Part shown: in pieces, positions 50,194 to 64,000 of the stretch | Position numbering within the stretch: the stretch's first letter is position 1 | How the letters are laid out: every line of letters starts with the position of its first letter | Source: Octopus vulgaris | Lineage: Eukaryota | NCBI GenBank assembly: GCA_951406725.2 | Contig: OX597816.1 | Location: forward strand, 176,638,001 to 176,702,000 | Length of the DNA: 64,000 bases | Direction of reading: 5' to 3' | Program-made: the position numbers and the translations under genes | The notes under the pieces: model-generated | What the model was told of the DNA's origin: nothing | Seen by the model: only the letters and a program-made list of their open reading frames with translations | Database searches by the model: none

Positions 50194-50431
50194 GAAAAAC
50201 AAAGGAAAGATATGGAAGAATCAAAACGTATGATGCATGAGCTGAAATCTGTGATTGCAGTTCGAGCTTTTGATAGAGAAAAACGAGAGGATATTGCCAT
50301 AAAACGACAAAAGCAAGGTCTTGAATGTCAACCTCCATCAGGCTATAGTAGTGAAGGGGATCAGTCCGAAGATAGTTTGCACAGTGACAGCCTTCAAAGT
50401 GACAGCTTACAAAGCCATGTCATATCTGCAG
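50194..50431 (+). CDS. VEZT: Vezatin coding exon
   Basis: EKQRKDMEESKRMMHELKSVI resembles ERQKREHEESKRVLQELKSVL. Donor G|gtaac; the acceptor caaccag is weak. Phase 0-1. Confidence 0.88.
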
Positions 50432-51065
50432 GTAACAATTTAGACTACTTTTTTTTTTTTTTTTTTGCCATAACCAAAATTTGTCATTGTAAACTAATGT
50501 GTCTCAAATCAATTGGTTGAGAGCATCTTCTATTAATAGGCTATACATTCTATTGCAGAAATATCCTCTGAAATAATTTGAACCCAGTACTACTAGCTAG
50601 CAATCATCATTTAACATCTGTTTTCAAGCTGGCATGGGCTGGGCGGTTTGACTGGAAACTGGTAAGCCTGTGGTCGGCGGCAGGGGGGGGGGACTGTCTG
50701 ACCAGAGTTAAAAACATTGCTAAATAGAAGAAATGAAAGTATGATGTAATCAAAAAATAGGAATATACAGATTTGTTGCTGTACACACTAACAAATCTGC
50801 AAAGCAAAAATCTACCAAGAACAATTTAGAAAAATTAAGGGGCTGCACCAGGTTCTAATCTGATTTGGCAAGGTTTCTTTAGCTGGATGCCCATCCTAAT
50901 GCCTACCACTCCAAGTGTAGTGGGTGATTTTTACGTGCCACTGACCTGACACTGGCATCGGCCATGACTACAGTCTCACTTGGCTTGACAGATCTACACA
51001 AGCAGTAATACATACATACATATTTATATATATATATATATATATATAGGATATATATATATATA

Positions 51066-51458
51066 TACTCTTTTACTTGTTTCAGTCATTTGACTGCGGC
51101 CATGCTGGAGCACCGCCTTTAATCGAGCAACTCGACCCCGGGACTTATTCTTTTGTAAGCCCAGTACTTATTCTATCGGTCTCTTTTGCCGAACCGCTAA
51201 GTAATGGGGACATAAACACACCAGCATCGGTTGTCAAGCAATGCTAGGGGGACAAACACAGACATACAAATACACATATATATATACATATATACGACAG
51301 GCTTCTTTCAGTTTCCGCCTACCAAATCCACTCACAAGGCATTGGTTGGCCCGGGGCTATAGCAGAAGACACTTGCCCAAGATGCCATGCAGTGGGACTG
51401 AACCCGGAACCATGTGGTTGGTTAGCAAGCTACTTACCACATAGCCACTCCTGCGCCT
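51066..51458 (-). repeat. SINE family A
   Basis: Reverse complement of 6629-7042. Confidence 0.92.
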
Positions 51459-51879
51459 ATATATATAGGATATTCAACTTTTAAATATAGGTTGTTGTTG
51501 ATTTTGTCACCCCAAGTCAAGCCTGATTGGATAGGTCTATGATATACAGATAGATGACTGAATGGACAGTTGCAATCTAGAGGTCCACTGTCCTGGATAT
51601 GTCATACCTCCACCTAATTGAGGATTTTCTTTTCAGTCCAGTCTGTTTACATATAAGTGAACAGATACAGTTGAAGTTTACTGCCTTTAATATAGACACA
51701 ATACAATACCAACAAGAGCACTCAGAGAGGGCAAACCTCCGCCAAAGCAACACCAACATGAGAATATCTGAAATAAACGAGAATACTAAAAATGAACCTG
51801 ACTGCTCTCAAAAATTCAGTAAAAAAAAAAGCAGAAAAATAATCCAGAATTCTTGTTTGGTACCTGATCGATCCCAAAG

Positions 51880-52130
51880 GTAGTCATGGAATGTGAAGGT
51901 GGGTGTGTGGGCCGTGTTTGTAATGCTGTGTGTGTGTGTCATCTGCATTGGGAACAGGGACAGTTTTCTCTATGAAGGCCTTTTTTAGTCTATCCGCTGA
52001 TATAATGTCTTTACAACCATTAAGGTCTATAGTGAAAAATTTATCTGTGCATGAAAGAAAACAGAAAGGAACTGCATAAGGTGCTGTTAATGGAATTTTA
52101 ACAACATTGTTACACACAAAAACCTGAATC
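51880..52130 (-). mobile_element. Gypsy-type integrase C-terminal relic
   Basis: PLTAPYAVPF...KFFTIDLNGCKDIISADRLKKAF resembles the Gypsy PL.PPY.GPF...VS.DRLKPA motif. Confidence 0.55.
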
Positions 52131-53869
52131 CAAAAAGTAAAGCTTCCTTCAAGTCAGAACTAGAAATGCAATTGTCAAGTAGGTAAGAGGTTTTAAACAG
52201 GGGCGATATATTCAAAAATGGTAAAACTAAAAATTCTCGAGGATAAATTAAATTTATTATTGTTACTGATTATGTTAGTGTTATTTATTTTCTGAATGGT
52301 TTTGCTGCTGTTTGTTTATGTAGTTTGATTTCTTTATCCATCAGTTTCTACTAAGATAGAGACACAGGTAAAATTAATAATAAAGAGACGAAAATAAAAC
52401 TTTGAAAACAGCTATGCCGCCATAACTTACATGGAAACCATGAGCATGCTTTCAAGGGAGATAATTAGAGAAAGCCCTGAAAGTGAACGAAAGATCATAA
52501 TACTTCATGTAAAGTTTTTACTTTACATGAATATAACAAATGATCCGGAATCCTTGAATTGATCCCAAAATCTAATCAGTTTGTGCCAGTCACAAGGCCA
52601 AACATCCCTAACAGTTTCAAATCCGTCCAGCAGTTCTTGAGATATCTTACCCACAGACAAACAAACATGACTGAAAAACAATACCCCTGCCTTCACTAAG
52701 GCAGAGGTAAAAATACAATGTGAACTTTTAACTTTATGGTTTGTGGTTTTACTCATTTTATATAATCTGTCTACTAAGACGTTTGTTGACCTATTTTTAA
52801 ATAACTCTTTAAAAATATAAAAGAATTTTATAGATATTCAATTGTAGTTGCTACCTATATGATATCCATGAAGATTTTTGTACAATCTTAATTTTGATTG
52901 TGACATCATCATCATCAGACATCTGTTCTTCATGCCAGCATAGATAGTTTTAATTTTTAAATATTGATTTCATTATATTTATAACTGTCTGTTACAAGAG
53001 GGTCACTGGGTCATGATATTATGTTCTGGGTTGTGAAGCAGTGTGTCATTATGACTCTAGGTGTTTTGGGTGTAAAGTGTATTAGTGTATTAAGAGTACC
53101 TGTACTGAAACTGAAATGAAAGAGGCTTAAGGCTGCTGAATGTATGGGAAGAGGAGGGACTATCACAAGTAGACCCAACAGAAAAATCAACTACTGAAGT
53201 TGTTAGTTATATTGGTGAAATGAGTACTAAAGGTAGAAAGGTGAGCAAAGCTGCTGGACCATTGCAGATGTTATTGAGATGTTGAAAATATCCAACAAAT
53301 AGGCTTCAGCCAGAAGCAACTACAAAGGTACCATGTAGATGAACTAAGCTATGAGAGCAACTGAAAGAGTTTCCGTACAACTGGTTAGGAAAAGAATTAG
53401 TATACGTTAAATGAACTTCAGATTTGTCCCAGATCATAATGCTACAAATGGTGAAATAGTGTTGTGGGGTGGATATTATGTTGAAGAGGACTTGACCAAC
53501 TCATGCAAGCATGGAAAACAGATGTAAAAATGATAATGAGGAATTTTATCATTCCACTCAGTAACCCTAAATTACCACTGGTATTTGGTATTCCTAATAG
53601 TAGATTTTCTTTTGTTTGATGGATTTAATCATACCTTCCTGTATATTAATTTAATCTCAGTTTTATATCTGTTTTGTTTCCATATCATTAAATAATCAAT
53701 CAATAGATATTCAACACAGTTAAATAACCAATCAGAGGTAGACCCTGCTGTTAGTAAAGCTTGACTTAGCTGTAATCTATAAGCAGAATTTGTTACAAAT
53801 TAACTATTATATTTTTAAAAATTGATCTGATGTTCTTATACTAAAAATAGTTTATATTATATTTTTCAG

Positions 53870-54729
53870 CAGAAAAAGACTCTATGCAAGAGTCTGAAAA
53901 TCTTAGTGATGATTTACTTGGTGAAGATAATTTAGATTTGGATGATATAAATATGTCTGAATCACATGGTTCTACTACTACTAGTGACACAGGTTTCAGT
54001 CAAGTTTCTTGGAGTAAACAGATTTCAGAAAATTCAACTGACCAAGATTCAGAACCATTTTTTCTTCATCAGAATCAATCCAGTGAAATTGATTGTGATA
54101 TGCAATTGAGAAATTTAATTTTTTCACCTTTAACTAGAAGAACAGATTGTGAAACTGACAGCTTAAATAACTTTTCATTTCCAGAGGATGTTAGCCAAAA
54201 TGCCTTGCATTCTGATTCCCCCACCTCAAAAATTGATAGTTTGGATCCAAATTCTCAAACACCAGTTATGAACCAAAGCACAAATATTAGGGATTCAGAT
54301 AAGTTTAATTCTTATCAGTTAAATCTTCAGTCAGATTCTCATCCTTATCCTTCAGGTTCAGATAATTTGAATTTAGATGCAGTGAAGATTGGCGAGGTTG
54401 AAAATATTACTTCATCTGAAATTCCAGCTTCTGATTCTAACAACAGTTTTTTTCTCCATCAAGAGAAAGAGGCAGATCCTAACCTACAGGGAACAAATCT
54501 TGCTGGCTTACAGGACCGGTTGCTTGCTCGTGATGAATCAACTTTTATGTTTGCTCGAAATATTGCTGCACAAGCTTCTGCACGTTGCAAAGAAAATTTA
54601 TTCCTCAATATTCAAACATTTGGTGATTCCGATAGTATTGAAGATGATGACAGTGTTGATAGTGATAAAGAGATTAATGACAGCCTTGCAGATGATTCTA
54701 AGGTAGAAAATTCTCAGGACAGCTTTTAA
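53870..54729 (+). CDS. VEZT: Vezatin terminal coding exon (acidic, Ser/Asp-rich tail)
   Basis: ttttcagcag NAGNAG acceptor. LQDRLLARDESTFMFARNIAAQASAR...IQTFG resembles [28 protein letters not shown]...EQTFG. TAA stop at 54727-54729. Confidence 0.92.
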
Positions 54730-55557
54730 ACATTGTCTATCATTGAATTTAACAATGAATTTTACAGTGTTATCACTTCTTTTCTCTATATTTAGAATAT
54801 TACTCACAGCTTATATTATATTTTTTAAATAATTGATACATAATTAATTACTTTTATAAGATAAATTTTATTTTAATTTGATTAAACTGTATAATCTTTT
54901 CACAGGATATAATTTAGAGATTTTTAAAATGTCTTATAAACTTTTAATTTATTGAACATTTTTTTCAATGACACCTAGCAATTTTGTTTCTGTATAAATG
55001 CTACAAAAGATATTCCTATTTAATTTATTGAACTAATAATGGAAGCAATGTGTTATTAATAGTAAAAAATAATGACATTATTAATGATGCTTATTACAAA
55101 CTTCAACCTAATATGGTCTATTAATATGCTACCATTACTTCTGTCATGGTATTTTAGTTTGAAAGCACCAGTTAAACTGCTTTCTTGCCAGCATATGTAA
55201 ACATTGGCAAAAGATACACATTCACATATATCATTACTATCATCATCATCATTGTCATCACCATTATCATCTTCATCATTATAGTTATTTTTACATTTGC
55301 TTTTCCCATGCTGGCATGGGTTAGATGAGACTTTTTTTGAGACAGTATTCTATGGACGGGTTCTTTTCCTGATGCCAACGTTTGCTTGTTTTCAAGTAAG
55401 GTACTTTCTTCCATCTTTGCATATCGAACTTTTGCTGGACACTTTTGTTTATGGGGCACATAAACAACATCATTAATGCCTAAGTGGTGTCACTGTGAAG
55501 ACATGTGGAGAAAAACATTCATACATGTGCTTTTGTGCATGTATGTGTGTGTGAATA

Positions 55558-56440
55558 TATGTGTTGAAAAGTTCCTGGCTTTGGGTAAAACAAAATACTG
55601 GAGGATCAGTCGATCATGATTTTATTCAACATATCCCCTTTTCAGATTCATACACTCATTGCAGTGGTCCTTCAGTTTTTCTAAGTCCTGTAAAAGAACT
55701 TGGAAGGTTGTGCCTTCAGCCAGGCCTCTATAGTAGTGATCACTTTCAAATTGGGGTGAAATTTCATTCCACCGAGATCTTTCATCAGTCATGGTAAGAG
55801 ATAATACTTGTAGGGGGCTAAGTCAGGATGGGTGGCCTACAGATTTGAAGCCAGAGTGGCATATTTTCCATAGAGTTTCATGTGCTGTGTGCGCTGGTGC
55901 ATTGTCCTGCCAAAACAGGACACCATGGCTCAACTTTCCATGGTATCTCTGCTTCAAAGCTTTATGCAATTCATCTAACAGAAACATATAGTATTTTGCA
56001 TTGATGGTGCGACCCTTTGACAGGTATTTTATGAGGAGTACTCCATCTTTGTCCCAGATCACTGAAGCCAGAATCTTTCCAGCTGACTTCTGGGACCAAA
56101 ATTTCTTGGGATGCAGTGAACCACCGTGGCACTACTCCATTGATTGCTGCTTGGTCTGGGGATCATAATGATGTAGCCAAGTTTCATCCATGGTGACTAA
56201 ACGAGCCATAAAATCAGCCTCTCCCACTGCAAACTGGTTCAAAATTGCCTTAGATGTTGTCGCTCTGATACACTTGTGATCTGTGTTCAGGCATTTCAGC
56301 ATCCATTTTGCAGAAAGCTTTTTCATGACCAGAATGTTGTGGATGACGTGGCCAACTCTTTTGTGAGAAATCCCCTGAGTCTCAGCTACGATTTTAGTTG
56401 AAATCATAACATGCACAGCATCAGTGTACTCTTCTGTGCT
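55558..56440 (-). mobile_element. Mariner transposon 3' part, decayed
   Basis: KLSAKW, VTMDETWLHHYDP and QDNAPAH motifs. TIR-like gttgaaaagttcctggctt. Confidence 0.88.
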
Positions 56441-56832
56441 GCTGCATTTGTATTTGTATTCACTCTGTATTCATGTCCTAGATCAAATGTCCTATGAAGA
56501 TAACTAATATTATTTTCAAAATTCTTTCGTAAGCACCGACTGGCACTGGTAGCGGAAAAAGACATAAGAAATGTTATGTGATAGAAAAGTTATGTCATAT
56601 TTTGTATTAAAAAATAATCTACAAATCTGGTCCATTTTGTTTGTTTGTTGATAAAGAGATTTCTCCATTTTCTGATTATTTCAACTTGATTCCGGATAGA
56701 CTTTTGTTTACTCTGTTCTTACCTGTACCCTACGAGCATAGTGTGCCTGCAAACCCATGCCCAGGGATAGCACAGATAACTGATACCAATAATAAACCAA
56801 CTAAGGGATAAAATATCCATATTTATATAATT

Positions 56833-57028
56833 GATACATATATATATATGTATATATATATGTATATATGTATATGTGTATATATATATGTATATATATA
56901 TGTGTATATTTGTGTGTATATATATATGTGTATATATATATGTGTGTATATATATATGTGTATATATATATGTGTATATATATGTGTATATATATATATG
57001 TGTATATATATATGTGTATATTTATATA
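56833..57028. repeat. (TA/TG)n compound microsatellite
   Basis: Direct inspection of the sequence. Confidence 0.95.
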
Positions 57029-57029
57029 C

Positions 57030-58467
57030 TTGTAGCATAGCCTGGCATTGCCCAGGTATGTAAGAAACTTTGTCGATAAGCAATGCCCTTTACCTTTTTA
57101 CCCTTTTTTGTACTCACTGAACTGTTATTTTGTAAAATGAAGCCTAAAAGGCATTAAGGCATTCAAGGCACCGTTCCCTTGCATGCATGACTACAGCCCA
57201 ACATTGCTCAGATTTGAAGCAAAAGGAAAACATATACCATTTCTAGTAACCTTTATGATAAAAGCGGCAAAAATCGACTAAATCGCCTGAAATCCGCCAA
57301 CTATTTAACAAAAGTCAGTTTTGTAGGGTTCGCATGGTCAGTCTCAAAGTGATATAGTTTCATCGATTTCTCCCAATACTTGTTAACTACATTGACAAAA
57401 GGTCGTTAGTTTGACATTTAATGCAAACTTGATGTCCAACATCGGTGTAGGGAAAATCTATGTGAACTTCCAAAAAATATCGCAGAAAAATAGGTTTCCT
57501 ATGTGTGCCACATATACTCTTTTACTCTTTTACTTGTTTCAGTCATTTGACTGCGGCCATGCTGGAGCACCACCTTTAGTCGAGCAAATCGACCCCGGGA
57601 CTTATTCTTTGTAAGCCCAGTACTTATTCTATCGGTCTCTTTTGCCGAATCGCTAAGTGACGGGGACGTAAACACACCAGCATCAGTTGTCAAGCAATGC
57701 TAGGGGGACAAACACAGACACACAAACACACACACACACATACATATATATACATATATACGACAGGCTTCTTTCAGTTTCCATCTACCAAATCCACTCA
57801 CAAGGCATTGGTCGGCCCGGGGCTATAGCAGAAGACATTTGCCCAAGATGCCACGCAGTGGGACTGAACCCGGAACCATGTGGTTGGTTAGCAAGCTACT
57901 TACCACACAGCCACTCCTGCGCATATGATGTAATTAACCAATTTTTTCCAGTAATAACGTATCCTATTGGAATCAAAAGGGCCATATAGCTCCTTGGAGC
58001 AGACATGATGCTCGCTGTGAATTTCAAAAAAAATTCCTGCCAATTTATTAAAGATATTGTCGAAAATATGTCATCTTGAATTTGAACGCGATTTCCCAAA
58101 ATGGCATGATTTTATAGATTTTTTTCTGATGGTAAGGTATTGCATGGAAAACTAACGTCAGAATTAAGTTCCTTGGGGTAACATTAAGCTTCACCATGAG
58201 TTTGGTGAAAATCGATTGCAAGTTGCGAAAACTACAATGGAAAATGTGTTGCATATGATAAGCTTAGATTCTCGACCCCATGTCGAATTTATCGATTCTT
58301 TTCAGAACTGGGGGAACTTTTCAAAATTTTCGCTGCGTTAGTTTTGAATTATGACATTGGGCTATGTGTGTGTCAAGTTTCATCAGAATCAGTTGAAAGC
58401 CGTGGTCAGGGTGAGGGTACAACCTGACAGACACACAGACAGAAAAACTGCCTTTTATATATATAGA

Positions 58468-58470
<3 letters not shown>
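57030..58470 (+). mobile_element. Helentron/HINE-like non-autonomous element (with a nested SINE)
   Basis: 5' tagcatagcctggcattgcccagg short hairpin. 3' aagtttcatcagaatc...acagacag...ccttttatatatatagagat, typical of DINE/HINE-like ends. Confidence 0.5.
57515..57921 (-). repeat. SINE family A
   Basis: Reverse complement of 6629-7042. Confidence 0.92.
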
Positions 58471-58514
<44 letters not shown>

Positions 58515-58673
58515 ATGTATATATGTATATATATATGATATATATATATGTATATATATAAGATGTATATATATATATATGTATATATATATATTATATG
58601 TATATGTATATATGTATATGTATATATGTATATATATATGTATATATATATGTATATATATATATATATTATA

Positions 58674-58711
<38 letters not shown>
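58456..58711. repeat. (TA)n-rich microsatellite
   Basis: Direct inspection of the sequence. Confidence 0.95.
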
Positions 58712-58716
<5 letters not shown>

Positions 58717-59737
58717 TCAGCTCAGAGCTGCGGCCATGCTGATGCACCACTGTTTTGTGCTACACTGTTATTACTAAGAGCCTCCTCTAATATGTGGCAC
58801 TTGGTGAAGAAAGGAGTTTGATATAGCTACCCTCATTTGCACCTCTTGCCATGAGGTAGGTTCATCTGGGACTCTCGACAGGAAGAGGTCCAGCTTTGAT
58901 TTAAAAATCGCTACATCTGCTTTGTGCAAGTTCCTCAGACTCTTTGGGAGAATATTAAATAGCTGTGGGCCCTTGAAACCCAGGCTATTGCAGTAGCTGG
59001 TCTTGAAGCATGATGGCATTGCTGGGATCTTTGGCATGATGCAGTGTCATCCCGTTCTAGCATTGGTGTAGCTTACAATGCCAAAATTTGGCACAATTCC
59101 TTCCAGGATCTTCCAGACATATATTACTGCATACCTCTCCCGTCTTCTCTCCAGGGAGTAGAGTCTTAGCTGTTTGAACCTTTCCCAGTAGCTGAGCTGT
59201 TGCAAAGAGACGATTTTCTTTGTGAATCTTCTCTGGATTGCTTCAAGGTCCGCTGTTAATTTCACACTGGTGGGTGACCATAGCTGTGAACAGTAATCCA
59301 GGTGGCTGAGGTCGAATGTCCACCAGAGGACCATCATGGTTACCTTATCTCTGGTTCTGAATGTTCTTAGGATCCATCCACCCAGGCGTCTGCACTTTGT
59401 CGCCATCCTGGTAATGATTACTTGGAAAGAGGTATCCTCACTCATGTCGATACCCAGGTCCCTCACAGACTTAGGCTCTGGGATTGAAATTCCCTGTGGA
59501 CCGGATCCTGTAAGTTTAATATTCAGTTTTGGATGCTGGTAGTGCAGGGCCTGGAATTTTTCAGCATTAAACTGCATATTATTATCCTCAGCCCATCTGT
59601 AGATTGAGTCTAACTCCTGCTGCAGGTGTGCAACATAGCTGGGGTTCTGTATTTTCTGCGAGACTTTCATATCGTCTGCATAGCTTGCCAGAGTGGCTAT
59701 CCGGGCATTTGAGGGTATATCTGAGAGGGCCACTATA
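58712..59737 (-). mobile_element. CR1-like LINE 3' fragment (sister subfamily)
   Basis: YADD, LDYCSQLWSP and GPQLFNILP motifs. Confidence 0.9.
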
Positions 59738-59739
59738 AA

Positions 59740-60600
59740 AAGTCGAAGGTTTTTCCTAAGGAATATGTAGAAATATTAACAAAATATATGCACGAGACTT
59801 TGCTATACAGAATGAAATCTGCATAGCGCGAAACAAATCCATAGGTGCGATTACAGACTAGTCCAAGAATCAAAAATCAAAAATTCAAAATTCAAAAATA
59901 CAAAAAGACAAAATATACACTATCCATATGGGATATTTATGTTTGACATTTTAAATTTGGTTGTGTGCCTGCATGAGTTCAACAGTTCACTTCTTTGATT
60001 CAAAGAATTATTGTCTTTGAATAAAATATAAAATTTTTCTAACAGGCAAAGATTGCACTTAAAATTTTTCTTGTGTGCTCCGTGTCTGTATGGTGCCGCT
60101 CTGTCTAGAATGCTCCATGTCACGTTGAAAGGTGGGGTTTCCTTTAGTTTAGTTCCCAGACATATTTTGCTAGGCTGGTCCTCTTCCTATTTTCTAGTTA
60201 TCTAAATGAATTTTTATGCGAATAAAATCACATTTTAAATGAATTTTCCAAAGCCCCTGTATAGGTCTTGTATTCCGATGAGCCTTCTATTTGCACCTTG
60301 GCTCTATAAACGAGTCCTTTTACTAGACATTTCCCTTTCAACGGACAGGAGGATTCATCTTTACAATTGCATTTCTTAAGGGGATTGGCACCATGCTTAA
60401 TATCAATCAGATTCCTATTATGGTGGCTAATGTAAGAGGCGAAATTCCTGCAACAAGAATAGCTAATCTTAAGGGTTCTTCTATTAAATATTTTATAGAA
60501 TTTATGGTCCTACTGAAAATGCCTAGAGACTAATTTCAAGAATTCCTTACCTATATTAGTTTTTACGGCCAAATTGAAAGCCGGGTTGAACCACAACACA
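59740..60600 (-). mobile_element. Penelope-like element GIY-YIG/3' fragment (second clade)
   Basis: KKCNCKDESSCPLKGKCLVK and CNLCLLEKFYIL...LNQRSELLNSCRH motifs. Confidence 0.8.
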
Positions 60601-60601
60601 T

Positions 60602-60797
60602 ATCATCATCATCATCGTTTAACGTCCGCTTTCCATGCTAGCATGGGTTGGACGGTTCAACTGGGGTCTGGGGAGCCCGAAGGCTGCACCAGGCCAGTCA
60701 GATCTGGCAGTGTTTCTACAGCTGGATGCCCTTCCTAACGCCAACCACTCCGAGAGTGTAGTGGGTGATTTTATGTGCCACCGACACAGGTGCCAGA
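60602..60797 (-). repeat. RTE 3'-tail-derived repeat
   Basis: Reverse complement of ~15030-15230. Confidence 0.85.
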
Positions 60798-62290
<1,493 letters not shown>

Positions 62291-62291
<1 letters not shown>

Positions 62292-63370
62292 AATCCTTAA
62301 AAATGTTTTAGCTTGAACACCATTGAATGAGCTACACTAAAATGTGAATCCACCTCTGATACGTGGCACTTGATCAACAAGGGAGTTCGATGCCACTGCC
62401 CGCATCTGTGTCTCCTGTCGTGAGGTAGGTTCATCTGGGACCCCTGACAAGAAGAGATTCAGCTTAGTTTTAAAGAAACCCACATCCACACCATGCAAGT
62501 CTCTCAGGCATTTAGGAAGGATATTGAAGAGCTGTGGTCCCCTGAAACGCAAGCTGTTGCAGTATCTTGTCCTTTATTTTGATGGTGATATTGGAATCTT
62601 TGGCACCATGCAGTGGCGCCCCGTTCTGCGGTTGGGGTAATTTTGAATGCCAAAGTTTGGGACAAGACCCTCCAGGATTTTCCAGATGTATATCACCGCA
62701 TATCTCTTCCGCCTTCGCTCTAGGGAGAAGAGTTTTAATACTTTCAGTCTTTCCCAGTAGCTGTCATGTTGCATTGAGACGATCTTCTTTGTGTAGCTTC
62801 TCTGAATTGCTTCGAGTTCTGCTGTTAGTTTTATATTGTGTGGTGACCATAGTTGGGAGCAGTAGTCCAAGCGGCTGAGGACAAATGTCTTCCAAAGGAC
62901 CATCAGTGTCTCCTTCTCTCTTGTTCTGAAAGTTCGGAGGATCCATCCAGCTAGCCATCTGCATTTTATTACCAAATTGGCAATATGCTCTTGGAAAGAT
63001 GCATCATTGCTCATGTCAATGCCCAGGTCACGCACTGATTTTGACTCAGGGATTGCAATTCTTCCCTGGCCAGTGTATCCAGTCTGCATGTCGTTTACTT
63101 TTGTGTGCCGGTAGCGCAGGGCCTGGAACTTACCTACATTAAACTACATACTGTTGTCCTCAGCTCACCTGTATATTGTATCCAACTCCTGTTGCAGATG
63201 TGCAATAATTTCAGGGTTTTGTATTGTGTGAAAGACTTTTGTGCCATCTGCATAGCTAGCAAGGGTGGCCATCTTAGCAACTGAGGGCATGTCTGAAAGG
63301 GCCACTATGAACAGCAGTGCTTTGTGTTCCCTTGGAGGTGGCTCCATTGGCCACCACTGCCTGCTTTCTA
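62291..63370 (-). mobile_element. CR1-like LINE 3' fragment (same family as 45643)
   Basis: Highly similar to 45650-46770. Confidence 0.92.
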
Positions 63371-63414
63371 ATTTACTTACCAGGTCTCATGAAGCTGTAG
63401 TGGATGACAACAGC

Positions 63415-64000
63415 ACTGGACCACCAAACAAACACCATTAACTTTTTTTGGTGAATATTCTTTTTTTTCTTGCATTGTGTTTTGGCACTTTGTCTCCATC
63501 CAACCACCTTGCAGAATGCTTGCTATTGAGTCCATTTTTCATCACACATAATAGTATGATGCAAAAATAGTTTGCTTTTATGCTGTAACAGCAAGCTTCA
63601 AGATAACGGGTCATTTGATGCTCATTCAATTCATGTGGTACCCACTTGTCCAGCTTCTTTACCGTGTCAATTTCTTTCAAACAGTCCAACAGAGTTGGAA
63701 TTGAAACATCAAACCTTACTGCTCACTCACACATAGTTTGAGATGTATCCACTTCCACTACAGTTTCCAGCTCATCATTTTCAACTTTGGTCTCGGGTCT
63801 ACCATGGGGCTGATTTTTAAGAGTGAAATCGCCAGATCGGAACCTCTCAAACCATTGACATACAGTGTGCTCATTCACTACACCTTCATCAAACACCTTA
63901 TTGATATTTCAAGCTGTCTGGGATGCATTGGTTCCATGACGGAATTCATATTCATAAACAATACAAATTTTTTATTTATCCATGGGTTCACAAAAATTGA
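63415..64000 (-). mobile_element. Mariner transposase 5' fragment (runs off the window)
   Basis: KKLDKWVPHELNE and WFERFRSGDFTLKNQPHGRP motifs. Confidence 0.85.

Noticed and set aside
59793-59835. Hairpin gctatacaga...tctgcatagc + gcgaaac downstream of the Penelope fragment (hammerhead or SECIS?)
   Set aside because: No CUGANGA precedes it, and no SECIS quartet or in-frame UGA evidence could be established.

Overview
AT-rich, repeat-dense eukaryotic genomic DNA. The SINE and LINE families look like octopus/coleoid cephalopod (inference). The window carries one host gene on the + strand, vezatin (VEZT). I mapped 13 coding exons from 13632 to the stop at 54729, totalling 2748 nt with all phases consistent; the short first coding exon was not found. 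One VEZT intron (26164-28717) has U12 minor-spliceosome signals. The introns and flanks hold decayed mariner transposons, a HERO-type RLE retrotransposon, RTE and CR1-like LINEs, Penelope-like elements, tRNA-derived SINEs, Helentron/HINE-like elements, a hairpin MITE and large TA-rich microsatellites. The most notable signals are two type I hammerhead ribozymes on the minus strand (47079-47150 and 43151-43235), each inside a non-coding element flanked by (TA)n. The first sits in a tandem ~353-nt monomer that ends in a fold-back, i.e. a candidate retrozyme (ribozyme-containing circular RNA retroelement). A gag/ORF1-only retroelement has inserted into that ribozyme's stem I with an 18-bp target-site duplication.
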